A DNA stretch of 64,000 nucleotides from positions 19,813 to 83,812 of the forward strand of contig JAGVTU010000012.1 in the NCBI GenBank assembly GCA_019136655.1, read 5' to 3'. This document shows, one piece after another, positions 21,401 to 28,792 of the stretch. How positions within the stretch are numbered: position 1 is the first letter of the stretch; every line of letters starts with the position of its first letter. The notes under the pieces were generated by a model that saw only the letters and a program-made list of their open reading frames with translations, made no database searches and was not told the origin of the DNA. This DNA comes from Bacteroidota bacterium. GTDB lineage: Bacteria; Bacteroidota; Bacteroidia; AKYH767-A; OLB10. The position numbers and the translations under genes are program-made.

Positions 21401-22129
21401 CTCAACGAAGCATATTTTAATGTCAACAAAAGTAGTTTTACGCTATGTCAGTACGATGTATCTTTCCTTGCAGGTAATTCAAATGTTGCATTCAGAATAA
21501 GGTTCAAATCTGACCAGTCTGTAAATTATGCAGGTGCAGCAGTTGATGATTTTGAAATTTTAGCACCACCCAACAGTCCGCTGCCCGTTACGTTAATTTA
21601 TCTCAGCGGCAAAGCATTCGAAAAATATAATCTGCTGACGTGGAAAACTGCATCAGAACATAACAACAAAGGTTTTTATATTGAAAGAGCTTTGTCTGAT
21701 ATGCAATTCAGTTCCATAGGGTTTGTGGAAGGCAATGGCAACAGCAATGTACCTAATGTATATCGCTTCAAAGATTTTGAACCGGTAAGTGAGCACATTG
21801 TTTATTATCGCCTCAAACAGGTTGACTTCGACAATAGTCAAAATATTTCACCTGTTGTAACTGTTGAAAGAAGAGATGACCGTATTCTGAGCATAACTGT
21901 CAGCCCTAATCCTGTAAAAGATATTCTTACCATTCGCAATTTAAATGGTGAAAAAAGTGTTATCCGCCTTTTTGATATGCATGGTAAATTACTTATTGAA
22001 CATATCTGTCACGAAAACACTTCAAGTGATATTATCAACCTGAACGACCTTGGACTAAGGTCAGGTATCTATTTTATCAGAGTGGAAGATGACAACAGAA
22101 TATTTACCCAACGAATTATAAAAATGTAA
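18428..22129 (+). CDS. Large secreted multidomain protein: BNR/Asp-box beta-propeller region, PKD domain, MAM-like jelly-roll, Fn3-like module, T9SS type A sorting domain
   Basis: 1233 aa. At least six Asp-box-like SxDxGxTW motifs (SVDGGNNWAQL, SQNNGVTWTKV, TTNEGANWTLL, SSDGGNTWQQV, TKDGGTTWQSV, SLDKGDTWVPL). PKD signature WDWDFGDATNS..NPTKTYTTPGVYTVSL. C-terminus ITVSPNPVKDILTIRNL...GIYFIRVEDDNRIFTQRIIKM. Confidence 0.8.
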   Translation: MIKKITISFVSVFILLAVAYYIVPKDTIMHYKKLYSDHFEDVYKRKKKGRIPKRDRMDMYYQQETERTMDPATGTVPRERLLAGIRYMEALQQQQSANRMMGALPGVNWTERGPSNCGGRTRAIMIDPNDVSKKTVWAGGVGGGLWKTIDITAPSPLWLPINDLMANLAVTTICSNPANTQIMYFGTGEGYSNADAIRGLGIWQSVDGGNNWAQLASTNNANFYYVNRMVVHTNGDVYAATNSGLFRSQNNGVTWTKVLGAGVGAATNNISDVEVSTNNSVWASTRTNGEIYRSANGNAGTWVKMNTGTNGFPATGASRIDFALAPSNSQVCYAFVAEGGGVNFYRTTNEGANWTLLPKPVDADGGIGNDITRGQYWYDMSIAIDPNNSNTLYVGGVDLFKSSDGGNTWQQVAHWYGGFGYQYAHADQHIAIYEPGNSNVIYFGNDGGVYRCGNAAAASPVIQFKSDNYNVTQFYACAIHPTAYTNYFLAGAQDNGSHQYNSGGINATVEVTGGDGCFTHIDQDQPQYQFTSYVYNNFYRSTNGGASFTGVGTSGGSFVNPSDYDNAANIMYAYSSSGTYVRWINATTGSTFQTVALSPGLTGTIRAITVSPNTPNRVFMGVGSGLVVRVDNANSVASGSAGVRINTGAGMPTGSISCIEVETGDDNHLLVTYYNYGVNSVWETKDGGTTWQSVEGNLPDMPIRWALFNPNDNTQAMLATELGVWTTDLLNGAATVWGPSNNGLANVSTQMLQLRASDKVVIAATHGRGLYSTDVFADPHPEFVADKKITYVNKPIKFTDASYKSVSWDWDFGDATNSNVQNPTKTYTTPGVYTVSLKINNSAGLVETKTSYIQILPNRGTPYTIIAGGNFDINPYDFGSEDARGTPWQRGNSAVAGKNGTLSGSNAWVTGLTATTYADNSDARLMTPNFNFSAAGTYTLKFYRKNVFESSYDGMRVEYSLDKGDTWVPLSLVTSPNWYDFANTVSNTSFPLNEAYFNVNKSSFTLCQYDVSFLAGNSNVAFRIRFKSDQSVNYAGAAVDDFEILAPPNSPLPVTLIYLSGKAFEKYNLLTWKTASEHNNKGFYIERALSDMQFSSIGFVEGNGNSNVPNVYRFKDFEPVSEHIVYYRLKQVDFDNSQNISPVVTVERRDDRILSITVSPNPVKDILTIRNLNGEKSVIRLFDMHGKLLIEHICHENTSSDIINLNDLGLRSGIYFIRVEDDNRIFTQRIIKM

Positions 22130-22178
22130 TCTTCTCCTCAGCGGAATTCCTTCTGTTGAGACATTCTTATTATTTTTC

Positions 22179-22952
22179 TTAAAAAGGAAAGCTGAAGTGA
22201 TTCTTAGTTGATAAATAAGGATATTCAATTTTTGTCAGGTAAAGTCCACAGGCAGGAGCAGCATGGCCGGCTTTTTTTCTGTCTTTTGCGTCAAGGATAT
22301 TTTTAAAATCATCAACACTTAATTTTTGCTGTCCAACATCTGCCATTGTGCCTACCAGTGCTCTCACCATACCACGAAGAAAACGATCGGCAGTGATTTC
22401 AAAAATCAGAAATCCGTTTTTCTCTTTCCATTCTGCATGATAAATTTTACACATAGTTGTTCGTGACTGCGCTCTTGATTTGCAAAAACTGTTGAAGTCG
22501 GAATATTCAGCAAGTAAATTACTCACCTGTTGCATAAGCGCAATGTCAGGCTTTTTGAAATAACATGCTGAATATTCTGAAAGAAAACCATTCTTCTGCG
22601 AATGGATGTAATAGTGATATGTACGTTTAACAGCATCAAAGCGAGCATGTGCCTCCTGATTTACAGTATGCAGATTAACAGCGGTAATATCAGCCGGTAA
22701 AATCCCATTCAAATGATAAATAAAACTACCTGTGTCGGAAATTATTTCCGGGGAATCGAAATGTGCAAAAAACTGGGTGGCGTGTACACCAGCATCGGTA
22801 CGGCCACATCCTGTTGTTTCTATATTATTCCTGGATAGCAATGTATTAATTGCCTCATTCACTTTCTGCTGAACAGAAACAGCATTCTTCTGAATCTGCC
22901 ACCCACTGTAATGGGTTCCTTTAAAAAACAACTCTAAAAAATACCTTTGCAT
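22179..22952 (-). CDS. truA: tRNA pseudouridine(38-40) synthase
   Basis: Catalytic-Asp motif GCGRTDAGVHA and typical length. I moved the start to the ATG at 22952, because the track's TTG start (22959-22961) is the end of a TAnnTTTG box. Confidence 0.88.
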   Translation of the reverse strand: MQRYFLELFFKGTHYSGWQIQKNAVSVQQKVNEAINTLLSRNNIETTGCGRTDAGVHATQFFAHFDSPEIISDTGSFIYHLNGILPADITAVNLHTVNQEAHARFDAVKRTYHYYIHSQKNGFLSEYSACYFKKPDIALMQQVSNLLAEYSDFNSFCKSRAQSRTTMCKIYHAEWKEKNGFLIFEITADRFLRGMVRALVGTMADVGQQKLSVDDFKNILDAKDRKKAGHAAPACGLYLTKIEYPYLSTKNHFSFPF

Positions 22953-22958
22953 GCGCTC

Positions 22959-22966
22959 CAAAAATA
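22959..22966 (-). promoter_or_regulatory. Bacteroidota -7 box (TATTTTTG) for truA
   Basis: The plus strand reads caaaaata, which is TATTTTTG on the minus strand. The box ends 6 nt before the truA ATG. Confidence 0.45.
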
Positions 22967-22990
22967 AGATTTAACATCATCCCATAATGT

Positions 22991-22998
22991 TATATTTG
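22991..22998 (+). promoter_or_regulatory. Candidate -7 box (TATATTTG) for the moxR/bat operon
   Basis: Perfect TAnnTTTG match 93 nt upstream of the moxR ATG. A one-mismatch alternative, TAAACTTG at 23058-23065, lies 26 nt upstream. Confidence 0.35.
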
Positions 22999-23090
22999 CA
23001 GCGGCCACTTAACATAAATTAACACACTATTTCACCATCCATTCACAGCTAATATTATAAACTTGCATCGCTTAAAACATATTACATCAC

Positions 23091-24077
23091 ATGTTTGACA
23101 TTAGAGAAATAAACGAAAAGATTCAGCGCGAAAGCGAATTTATTGAACTGCTTCAGTTAGAACTAAGCAAGGTTATTGTAGGACAAAAATATATGGTAGA
23201 ACGCCTGCTGATAGGTTTGTTGTCCAATGGTCATTTGCTGCTTGAAGGCGTTCCGGGCCTGGCAAAAACATTAGCCATAAAATCGCTTGCATCGGCAATA
23301 GATGCACGATTCAGCCGTATTCAGTTTACTCCCGATTTGTTGCCTGCCGATTTAATAGGAACATTAATTTATAATCAGAAGAAAGAAGAATTTGCAGTTC
23401 GCAAGGGGCCAATTTTTGCAAATTTTATTCTTGCAGACGAAATCAACCGTGCTCCTGCAAAAGTTCAAAGTGCATTGCTTGAATCCATGCAGGAAAAACA
23501 AGTAACCATAGGTGATGAAACATTTAAGCTCGAAGAGCCTTTTCTGGTTCTAGCTACACAAAACCCCATTGAACAGGAAGGAACATATCCACTACCCGAA
23601 GCACAGCTCGACCGATTTATGCTTAAAGTAGTAATAGGATATCCTACCAAAGACGAAGAAAAATTAATCATTCGTCAGAATCTGACTCAGGACAAAACTA
23701 CTATTGCTCCTATTGTGCGCACTGCTGATATTCTGAAAGCACGTCAGCTGGTGAAAGAAATTTATATGGACGAGAAAATCGAGAAATATATTGTTGATAT
23801 AGTTTTTGCAACACGTTTCCCAAAGGATAACAAACTTGATAAAATTGCACAGCTGATAAATTACGGTGGATCACCACGCGCCAGCATTAACCTTGCACTT
23901 GCTGCCAAAGCTTATGCATTTATCAAACGCAGAGGTTATGTAATTCCGGAAGATGTACGTGCTGTTTGCCATGATGTAATGCGTCATCGTATAGGGCTTA
24001 CCTATGAGGCTGAAGCTGAAAATTACACAACCGATATGGTGATTAACGAAGTACTGAATGTAGTTGAAGTACCTTAA
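23091..24077 (+). CDS. MoxR-family AAA+ ATPase
   Basis: 328 aa. MoxR-type Walker A GVPGLAKT, Walker B ILADEINRA, and the conserved QVTIGDETF..PF.VLATQNPIEQEGTYPLPEAQLDRF block. Confidence 0.92.
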   Translation: MFDIREINEKIQRESEFIELLQLELSKVIVGQKYMVERLLIGLLSNGHLLLEGVPGLAKTLAIKSLASAIDARFSRIQFTPDLLPADLIGTLIYNQKKEEFAVRKGPIFANFILADEINRAPAKVQSALLESMQEKQVTIGDETFKLEEPFLVLATQNPIEQEGTYPLPEAQLDRFMLKVVIGYPTKDEEKLIIRQNLTQDKTTIAPIVRTADILKARQLVKEIYMDEKIEKYIVDIVFATRFPKDNKLDKIAQLINYGGSPRASINLALAAKAYAFIKRRGYVIPEDVRAVCHDVMRHRIGLTYEAEAENYTTDMVINEVLNVVEVP

Positions 24078-24135
24078 CAGGGAAATTTTTCTATTTGCCA
24101 AAACTGTTACTTTCACTTAAACAGTAAAATAAATC

Positions 24136-25035
24136 TTGGAAACAACAGATCTGCTAAAAAAAGTACGGAAGATTGAAATCAAAACACGGGGATTATCGAG
24201 TCAGATTTTCTCAGGTGAATATCATTCTGCTTTTAAGGGTCGTGGTATGGCATTCAGTGAGGTGAGAGAATATATTCCGGGTGATGACATAAGAGCGATA
24301 GACTGGAACGTGACTGCACGACTCAACCATCCTTACGTAAAAGTGTTTGAAGAAGAACGTGAACTCACCGTCATGCTGTTGGTTGACATCAGTGCATCAG
24401 GGAACTTCGGGACTAACAAACAATTTAAAAGAGAACTGATTACCGAAGTGTGTGCTGTACTTTCATTTTCAGCTATTCAGAATAATGATAAAACAGGATT
24501 GATATTATTCAGTGATAAAATTGAAAAATTTATTCCTCCTCAAAAAGGTCGCTCACACATCCTGCGCATAATCAGAGAGCTGATTAAATTTCAACCTGAA
24601 TCAAAAGGAACATCTCTTGCAACAGGTCTTCAATATCTGAGCAATGTGATTAAGAAAAGGAGTATTGCATTTATTGTTTCCGATTTCTATGATTCCTCTT
24701 TTACAGACACAACTACCAAAAGTCCTTTTGAAGAAGCACTTAAAATTACCAGCAGAAAACATGATTTGGTAGCATTGAAAATCAACGACAGGAGAGAAAC
24801 TGAACTTCCTGATATAGGATTGGTAAGAGTGAAAAATGCTGAAAGCGGGCGTGAAATGATTGTGGATACTTCTGATGCAGCAGTCCGAAAGAACTATAAA
24901 CAACAAAGGCAATTACATGATTTACGTTTGAACACCATATTCAGCAGAAGCGGAGTGGATAAAACAGATTTATATACGGGTGAGAATTATATACAGCCTT
25001 TGATGAAACTATTTAAAAAGCGTGAAAAAAGATGA
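24136..25035 (+). CDS. DUF58-family protein (vWA-like partner of MoxR)
   Basis: Motifs G.Y.S.FKGRGM.F.EVREY.PGDD.R.IDW are characteristic of DUF58. The apparent start is TTG, which is uncertain. The stop overlaps the next start (ATGA). Confidence 0.8.
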   Translation: METTDLLKKVRKIEIKTRGLSSQIFSGEYHSAFKGRGMAFSEVREYIPGDDIRAIDWNVTARLNHPYVKVFEEERELTVMLLVDISASGNFGTNKQFKRELITEVCAVLSFSAIQNNDKTGLILFSDKIEKFIPPQKGRSHILRIIRELIKFQPESKGTSLATGLQYLSNVIKKRSIAFIVSDFYDSSFTDTTTKSPFEEALKITSRKHDLVALKINDRRETELPDIGLVRVKNAESGREMIVDTSDAAVRKNYKQQRQLHDLRLNTIFSRSGVDKTDLYTGENYIQPLMKLFKKREKR

Positions 25036-26003
25036 GGCCTGTTAAATTTATTCTGCTGATTTTTCTGTTCAACATTTGTGGTGTGTTTGCACTTTATGCG
25101 CAAAACGCCAATGCTGTATTTGAATTAGACAGCAACAAAATTTTAGTGGGTCAGCAGATAACAGGTAAATTACGGTTCAGCCTACCTGCAAATTATCAGT
25201 CGCAATGGCCGCTTATTCCTGATACGCTCAACGGAATTGACTTTGTAAATAAAGGCCCGATAGATACACTTAAAAGCCCTGATCAAAAAATACTTACACG
25301 CGAACAAAAAATTACACTCACTGCTTTTGACTCAGGATTTTATGTAATTACTCCATTTAGTTTTAATTATTATAAACCCGGTGACACCACAACGTATCTG
25401 GCAGAAACACAGGCACAGCTGCTTACCGTAAGTCTTATTCCCGTTGATACTACCAAAGCAATTCGCGACATTAAAGGACCGATAGAAGTTGGAATATCGT
25501 GGCAGGAAATTGCCATGTATGTCATTATCGGATTGGTATTTATTGCACTTGCTTTGCTTATCATTTATTTAGTCAGAAAAAGAAAAGTTAAGCCTGTAGA
25601 AGTAAAACAGGAAATTGTTAAACGACCTGCGCATGAAATTGCTCTTGAAAAATTGCACGAACTGCAGGATGCAAAACTTTGGCAGCAAGGCAACATCAAA
25701 CAGTATTACACCGGAATATCCGATACAATTCGTGAATATATTTCAAACCGCTGGAATATTGATGCAATGGAACGTACTACTGATGAAATTATGCACAGTA
25801 GTTTCATCCAGCATGTTTCCAATGAAACTTACAACCGAATTAAATCTGTTTTGACCATCAGCGACCTTGCGAAGTTTGCAAAATACTCACCCGTAGCTCC
25901 GGAAAATGAACAGGCAATGGCTGATGCTTTCACCTTTGTGGAAGAAACCAAAGAACAGAAAGTTGATATCAACACTTTACCTACCAAAGAACAATCTTCC
26001 TGA
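25032..26003 (+). CDS. Bat-operon membrane protein (signal peptide, extracytoplasmic domain, TM helix, cytoplasmic helical tail)
   Basis: Signal-like N-terminus and a central TM segment (IAMYVIIGLVFIALALLIIYLV followed by RKRK). It occupies the position between DUF58 and batA that a small TM protein holds in known bat operons. Confidence 0.7.
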   Translation: MRPVKFILLIFLFNICGVFALYAQNANAVFELDSNKILVGQQITGKLRFSLPANYQSQWPLIPDTLNGIDFVNKGPIDTLKSPDQKILTREQKITLTAFDSGFYVITPFSFNYYKPGDTTTYLAETQAQLLTVSLIPVDTTKAIRDIKGPIEVGISWQEIAMYVIIGLVFIALALLIIYLVRKRKVKPVEVKQEIVKRPAHEIALEKLHELQDAKLWQQGNIKQYYTGISDTIREYISNRWNIDAMERTTDEIMHSSFIQHVSNETYNRIKSVLTISDLAKFAKYSPVAPENEQAMADAFTFVEETKEQKVDINTLPTKEQSS

Positions 26004-26009
26004 CGCAGC

Positions 26010-27011
26010 ATGGAATATTTCAATAACATACACTTTGCTTATCCGCAGTTTTTCTGGTTACTGTTGTTGATACCGCTATTGCTTCTCTGGCACTGTAAAG
26101 TAAATTCAAAAAAGAAGGTAAGTCTTAAGATTTCTACTGATGAAGGATTTAAAAATTACAAACCCACACTTCGTCAGAAAATAGGTTCTACACCTCTTGT
26201 ACTTAGGTTACTTACTGTAGCATCCATTGTGGTTGCACTGGCACGTCCTCAGTCATCTTCAAGAGGCCAGGAGGTAACATCTGAAGGAATTTCCATCGTG
26301 CTTGCAATGGATATTTCGGGAAGTATGCTTGCCGAAGATTTCAAACCTAACCGCATTGAAGCCGCTAAGAAAGTTGCACTTGAATTTATTGACAAACGTC
26401 CGAATGATCTGATTGGAATAGTAATATTTGCCGGTGAAAGTTTTACGTTGTGTCCAATCACATCTGATCATGCTGTATTGAAGAATCAGATTTCGAAAAT
26501 AGAAAGCGGAATGTTGATAGACGGTACTGCTATTGGCGAAGGCCTGGCAACAGCTGTGAACAGACTGAAAGATGTTAAAACGAAAAGTAAAGTTATTATA
26601 CTGCTTACGGATGGAGTAAATAATGCAGGTTCAATTGCCCCGCTTACTGCAGGCGAAATTGCCAAAACCTTTGGTATTCGTGTTTACACCATTGGAGTGG
26701 GTACTCATGGAATGGCTCCTTATCCGTTTAAAACTCCATTCGGAATTCAGTATCAGAATATGGAAGTGCAGATTGACGAAGCTGTTTGCAAACAAATATC
26801 TGATGCTACTGACGGAAAATATTTCAGAGCAACCAACAACAATAAACTGAAAGAAATTTATGATGAAATTGACAAGCTGGAAAAAACAAAAATAGAAGTA
26901 ACAGAGTTCAGAAGATACAGCGAAGAATTTTTCCCATTTGCATTGGCAGCGGGAATATTTCTGACACTTGAAATATTGTTGCGATATACATGGATGCGTA
27001 AATTACCATAA
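26010..27011 (+). CDS. batA: vWA-domain membrane protein BatA
   Basis: N-terminal TM helices, a vWA MIDAS motif (LAMDISGSM), a later LLTDGVNN, and a C-terminal TM segment. It follows the operon order. Confidence 0.8.
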   Translation: MEYFNNIHFAYPQFFWLLLLIPLLLLWHCKVNSKKKVSLKISTDEGFKNYKPTLRQKIGSTPLVLRLLTVASIVVALARPQSSSRGQEVTSEGISIVLAMDISGSMLAEDFKPNRIEAAKKVALEFIDKRPNDLIGIVIFAGESFTLCPITSDHAVLKNQISKIESGMLIDGTAIGEGLATAVNRLKDVKTKSKVIILLTDGVNNAGSIAPLTAGEIAKTFGIRVYTIGVGTHGMAPYPFKTPFGIQYQNMEVQIDEAVCKQISDATDGKYFRATNNNKLKEIYDEIDKLEKTKIEVTEFRRYSEEFFPFALAAGIFLTLEILLRYTWMRKLP

Positions 27012-27021
27012 CCTAGAAAAG

Positions 27022-28074
27022 ATGTTCCGATTATCACATAGCGAGGCTTTATATGGATTGTTACTGGTTCCGGTTCTGGTAATATTATTTATTGCATTAC
27101 TGAGATGGCGTAAGAAAGCAATTTCTCTTTTTGGTGATTACACACTGGTACGACAACTCACTCCCGGAAAGGCTTATACAAAACCTGTCATCAAATTTAT
27201 TTTATTGGCGCTTGCATTTACGTTTTTGGTGATAGGAATAGCAGGGCCACAAATTGGAACAAAACTCGAAACAGTAAAACGCAAAGGCGTTGATGTGGTA
27301 ATTGCTCTGGATGTGAGCAACAGTATGAATGCTGAAGACATTAAACCCAGCAGGCTTGAACGTGCCAAACAAGCCATATCAAGATTAATTGACCAGTTGC
27401 AGGGTGACAGAATCGGGCTGATTGTTTTTGCGGGAGAGGCATATACGCAGTTGCCAATTACTACTGACTATGGTGCAGCTAAACTTTTTCTTTCGTCTAT
27501 CAACACCAGTATGGTGCCCACACAGGGAACTGCCATTGGCAAAGCCATTGACCTGGCAGTGTCGTCTTTCAGCAACAGCGACTCCGCCAAGAAAAACAAA
27601 GCCATTATAGTGATAACAGATGGTGAAAACCACGAAGATGATGCAGTTGAAGCAGCAAAAAATGCATATAAAAACAACATCATTGTTCATACCATTGGTA
27701 TGGGGTCAGTAAATGGTGCTCCCATTCCGGTATTTTACAACGGTCAACGTACCGGTTATATGCAGGACAACAATGGTCAGACTGTAATAACCAAACTTGA
27801 TGAAAACACGCTGGCAGAAATTGCTCAGGCAGGCAACGGAAAATTTATTCGTGCTACCAACAGTGATGATGGGCTTGGCATTATAATGAAAGAAATAAAC
27901 GCCATGCAGAAAAATGAGTTCGGCAGTAAAATGTTTACAGATTATGCTGACCAGTTTCAATATTTTTTAGGAATTTCGTTGTTGCTGTTACTGATTGAAT
28001 TCATCATATCTGAAAAGAGAAGTAAATGGATAGAAGAACTTAATTTATTCGGAGGAGGAGATGAGAAAAAATAA
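27022..28074 (+). CDS. batB: vWA-domain membrane protein BatB
   Basis: I moved the start to the ATG at 27022, 10 nt after the batA stop; the track's earlier TTG start overlaps batA. MIDAS motif ALDVSNSM, then VITDGENHED, and a C-terminal TM segment. Confidence 0.8.
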   Translation: MFRLSHSEALYGLLLVPVLVILFIALLRWRKKAISLFGDYTLVRQLTPGKAYTKPVIKFILLALAFTFLVIGIAGPQIGTKLETVKRKGVDVVIALDVSNSMNAEDIKPSRLERAKQAISRLIDQLQGDRIGLIVFAGEAYTQLPITTDYGAAKLFLSSINTSMVPTQGTAIGKAIDLAVSSFSNSDSAKKNKAIIVITDGENHEDDAVEAAKNAYKNNIIVHTIGMGSVNGAPIPVFYNGQRTGYMQDNNGQTVITKLDENTLAEIAQAGNGKFIRATNSDDGLGIIMKEINAMQKNEFGSKMFTDYADQFQYFLGISLLLLLIEFIISEKRSKWIEELNLFGGGDEKK

Positions 28075-28792
28075 TTTAATTCTGCTGTCATTCATATTGT
28101 TTATTCCGATTATGGGAATGGCTCAAAACGAAAAGTCACTTGTTCGCAAAGGCAACCGTGATTATAAGAAAGGAGATTTTTCAGAAGCTGAATTACAATA
28201 TCGCAAGTCTATTGAGAAAAACAACAAGACACAAGAAGGTAAATTTAATCTGGGTGATGCTTTATATAAGCAGGGAAAATATGATGAGGCTGCCGGTACT
28301 TTTCAAAATCTTTCGAATGAAAAAACAGATAAAGACCTTAAAGCAAAATCATTTTACAATCAAGGGAACGCTCTGCTGAAAGCAGAAAAATATCAGGAAA
28401 GTGCCAATGCTTATAAGGAATCCTTAAAAATAAATCCGAATGACGAGGATGCACGTTATAATTATGTTTATGCATTATCCAAACTAAGACAGCAACAACA
28501 GCAGCAGCAGGATAAAAACAACAAGGATAACAAGGACAACAAAGACAAGAATAAAGATCAACAGAAAAATCAGGATAAGAAAGACGATAAGAAGAACGAC
28601 AAGAATCAACAACAAAATCAAAACCAGCAACAGAAAGATCAGAAGGATCAAAAAGAACAGGCTCAGCAACCAAAAATTTCGAAAGAAGATGCTGAACGAA
28701 TGTTACAAGCCGTGAATAATGATGAAAAAGAACTTCAAAAGAAAATGGCTAAAAAAGAAGGTGCACGTGTTCGTATTGAAAAACAATGGTAA
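28061..28792 (+). CDS. batC: TPR-repeat protein BatC with a low-complexity Q/K/D/N tail
   Basis: Signal/TM N-terminus, TPR-like repeats (YNQGNALLKAEKYQESANAYKESLKINPNDEDARYNY), then a polyQ and KD-rich tract. It overlaps batB by 14 nt. Confidence 0.75.
   Translation: MRKNNLILLSFILFIPIMGMAQNEKSLVRKGNRDYKKGDFSEAELQYRKSIEKNNKTQEGKFNLGDALYKQGKYDEAAGTFQNLSNEKTDKDLKAKSFYNQGNALLKAEKYQESANAYKESLKINPNDEDARYNYVYALSKLRQQQQQQQDKNNKDNKDNKDKNKDQQKNQDKKDDKKNDKNQQQNQNQQQKDQKDQKEQAQQPKISKEDAERMLQAVNNDEKELQKKMAKKEGARVRIEKQW
28490..28675 (+). repeat. In-frame low-complexity coding tract (QQQQQQQ DKNNKDNKDNKDKNKDQQKNQDKKDDKKNDKNQQQNQNQQQKDQKDQKEQAQQ)
   Basis: Read directly from the sequence: CAG/CAA, AAG/AAA, GAT/GAC and AAC codons dominate. 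This purine-rich tract also produces the spurious antisense ORFs at 28338..28673 and 28484..28669. Confidence 0.9.

Noticed and set aside
24136-24138. Whether the TTG starts of the DUF58 gene (24136) and the first glycosyltransferase (37456) are, like the truA and flavoprotein cases, just parts of promoter boxes
   Set aside because: Neither TTG is preceded by TAnnT in the right register. No downstream ATG preserves the conserved N-terminal residues (DLLKKVRKIEIKTRGL and KRVLLITYYFDPGN). I kept the TTG starts but flag them as uncertain.
28338-28673. Minus-strand ORFs of 111 and 61 aa (poly-Leu/Val/Phe)
   Set aside because: They are the antisense reading of the batC polyQ/K/D/N tract, so they are an artefact of purine-rich low-complexity coding sequence.
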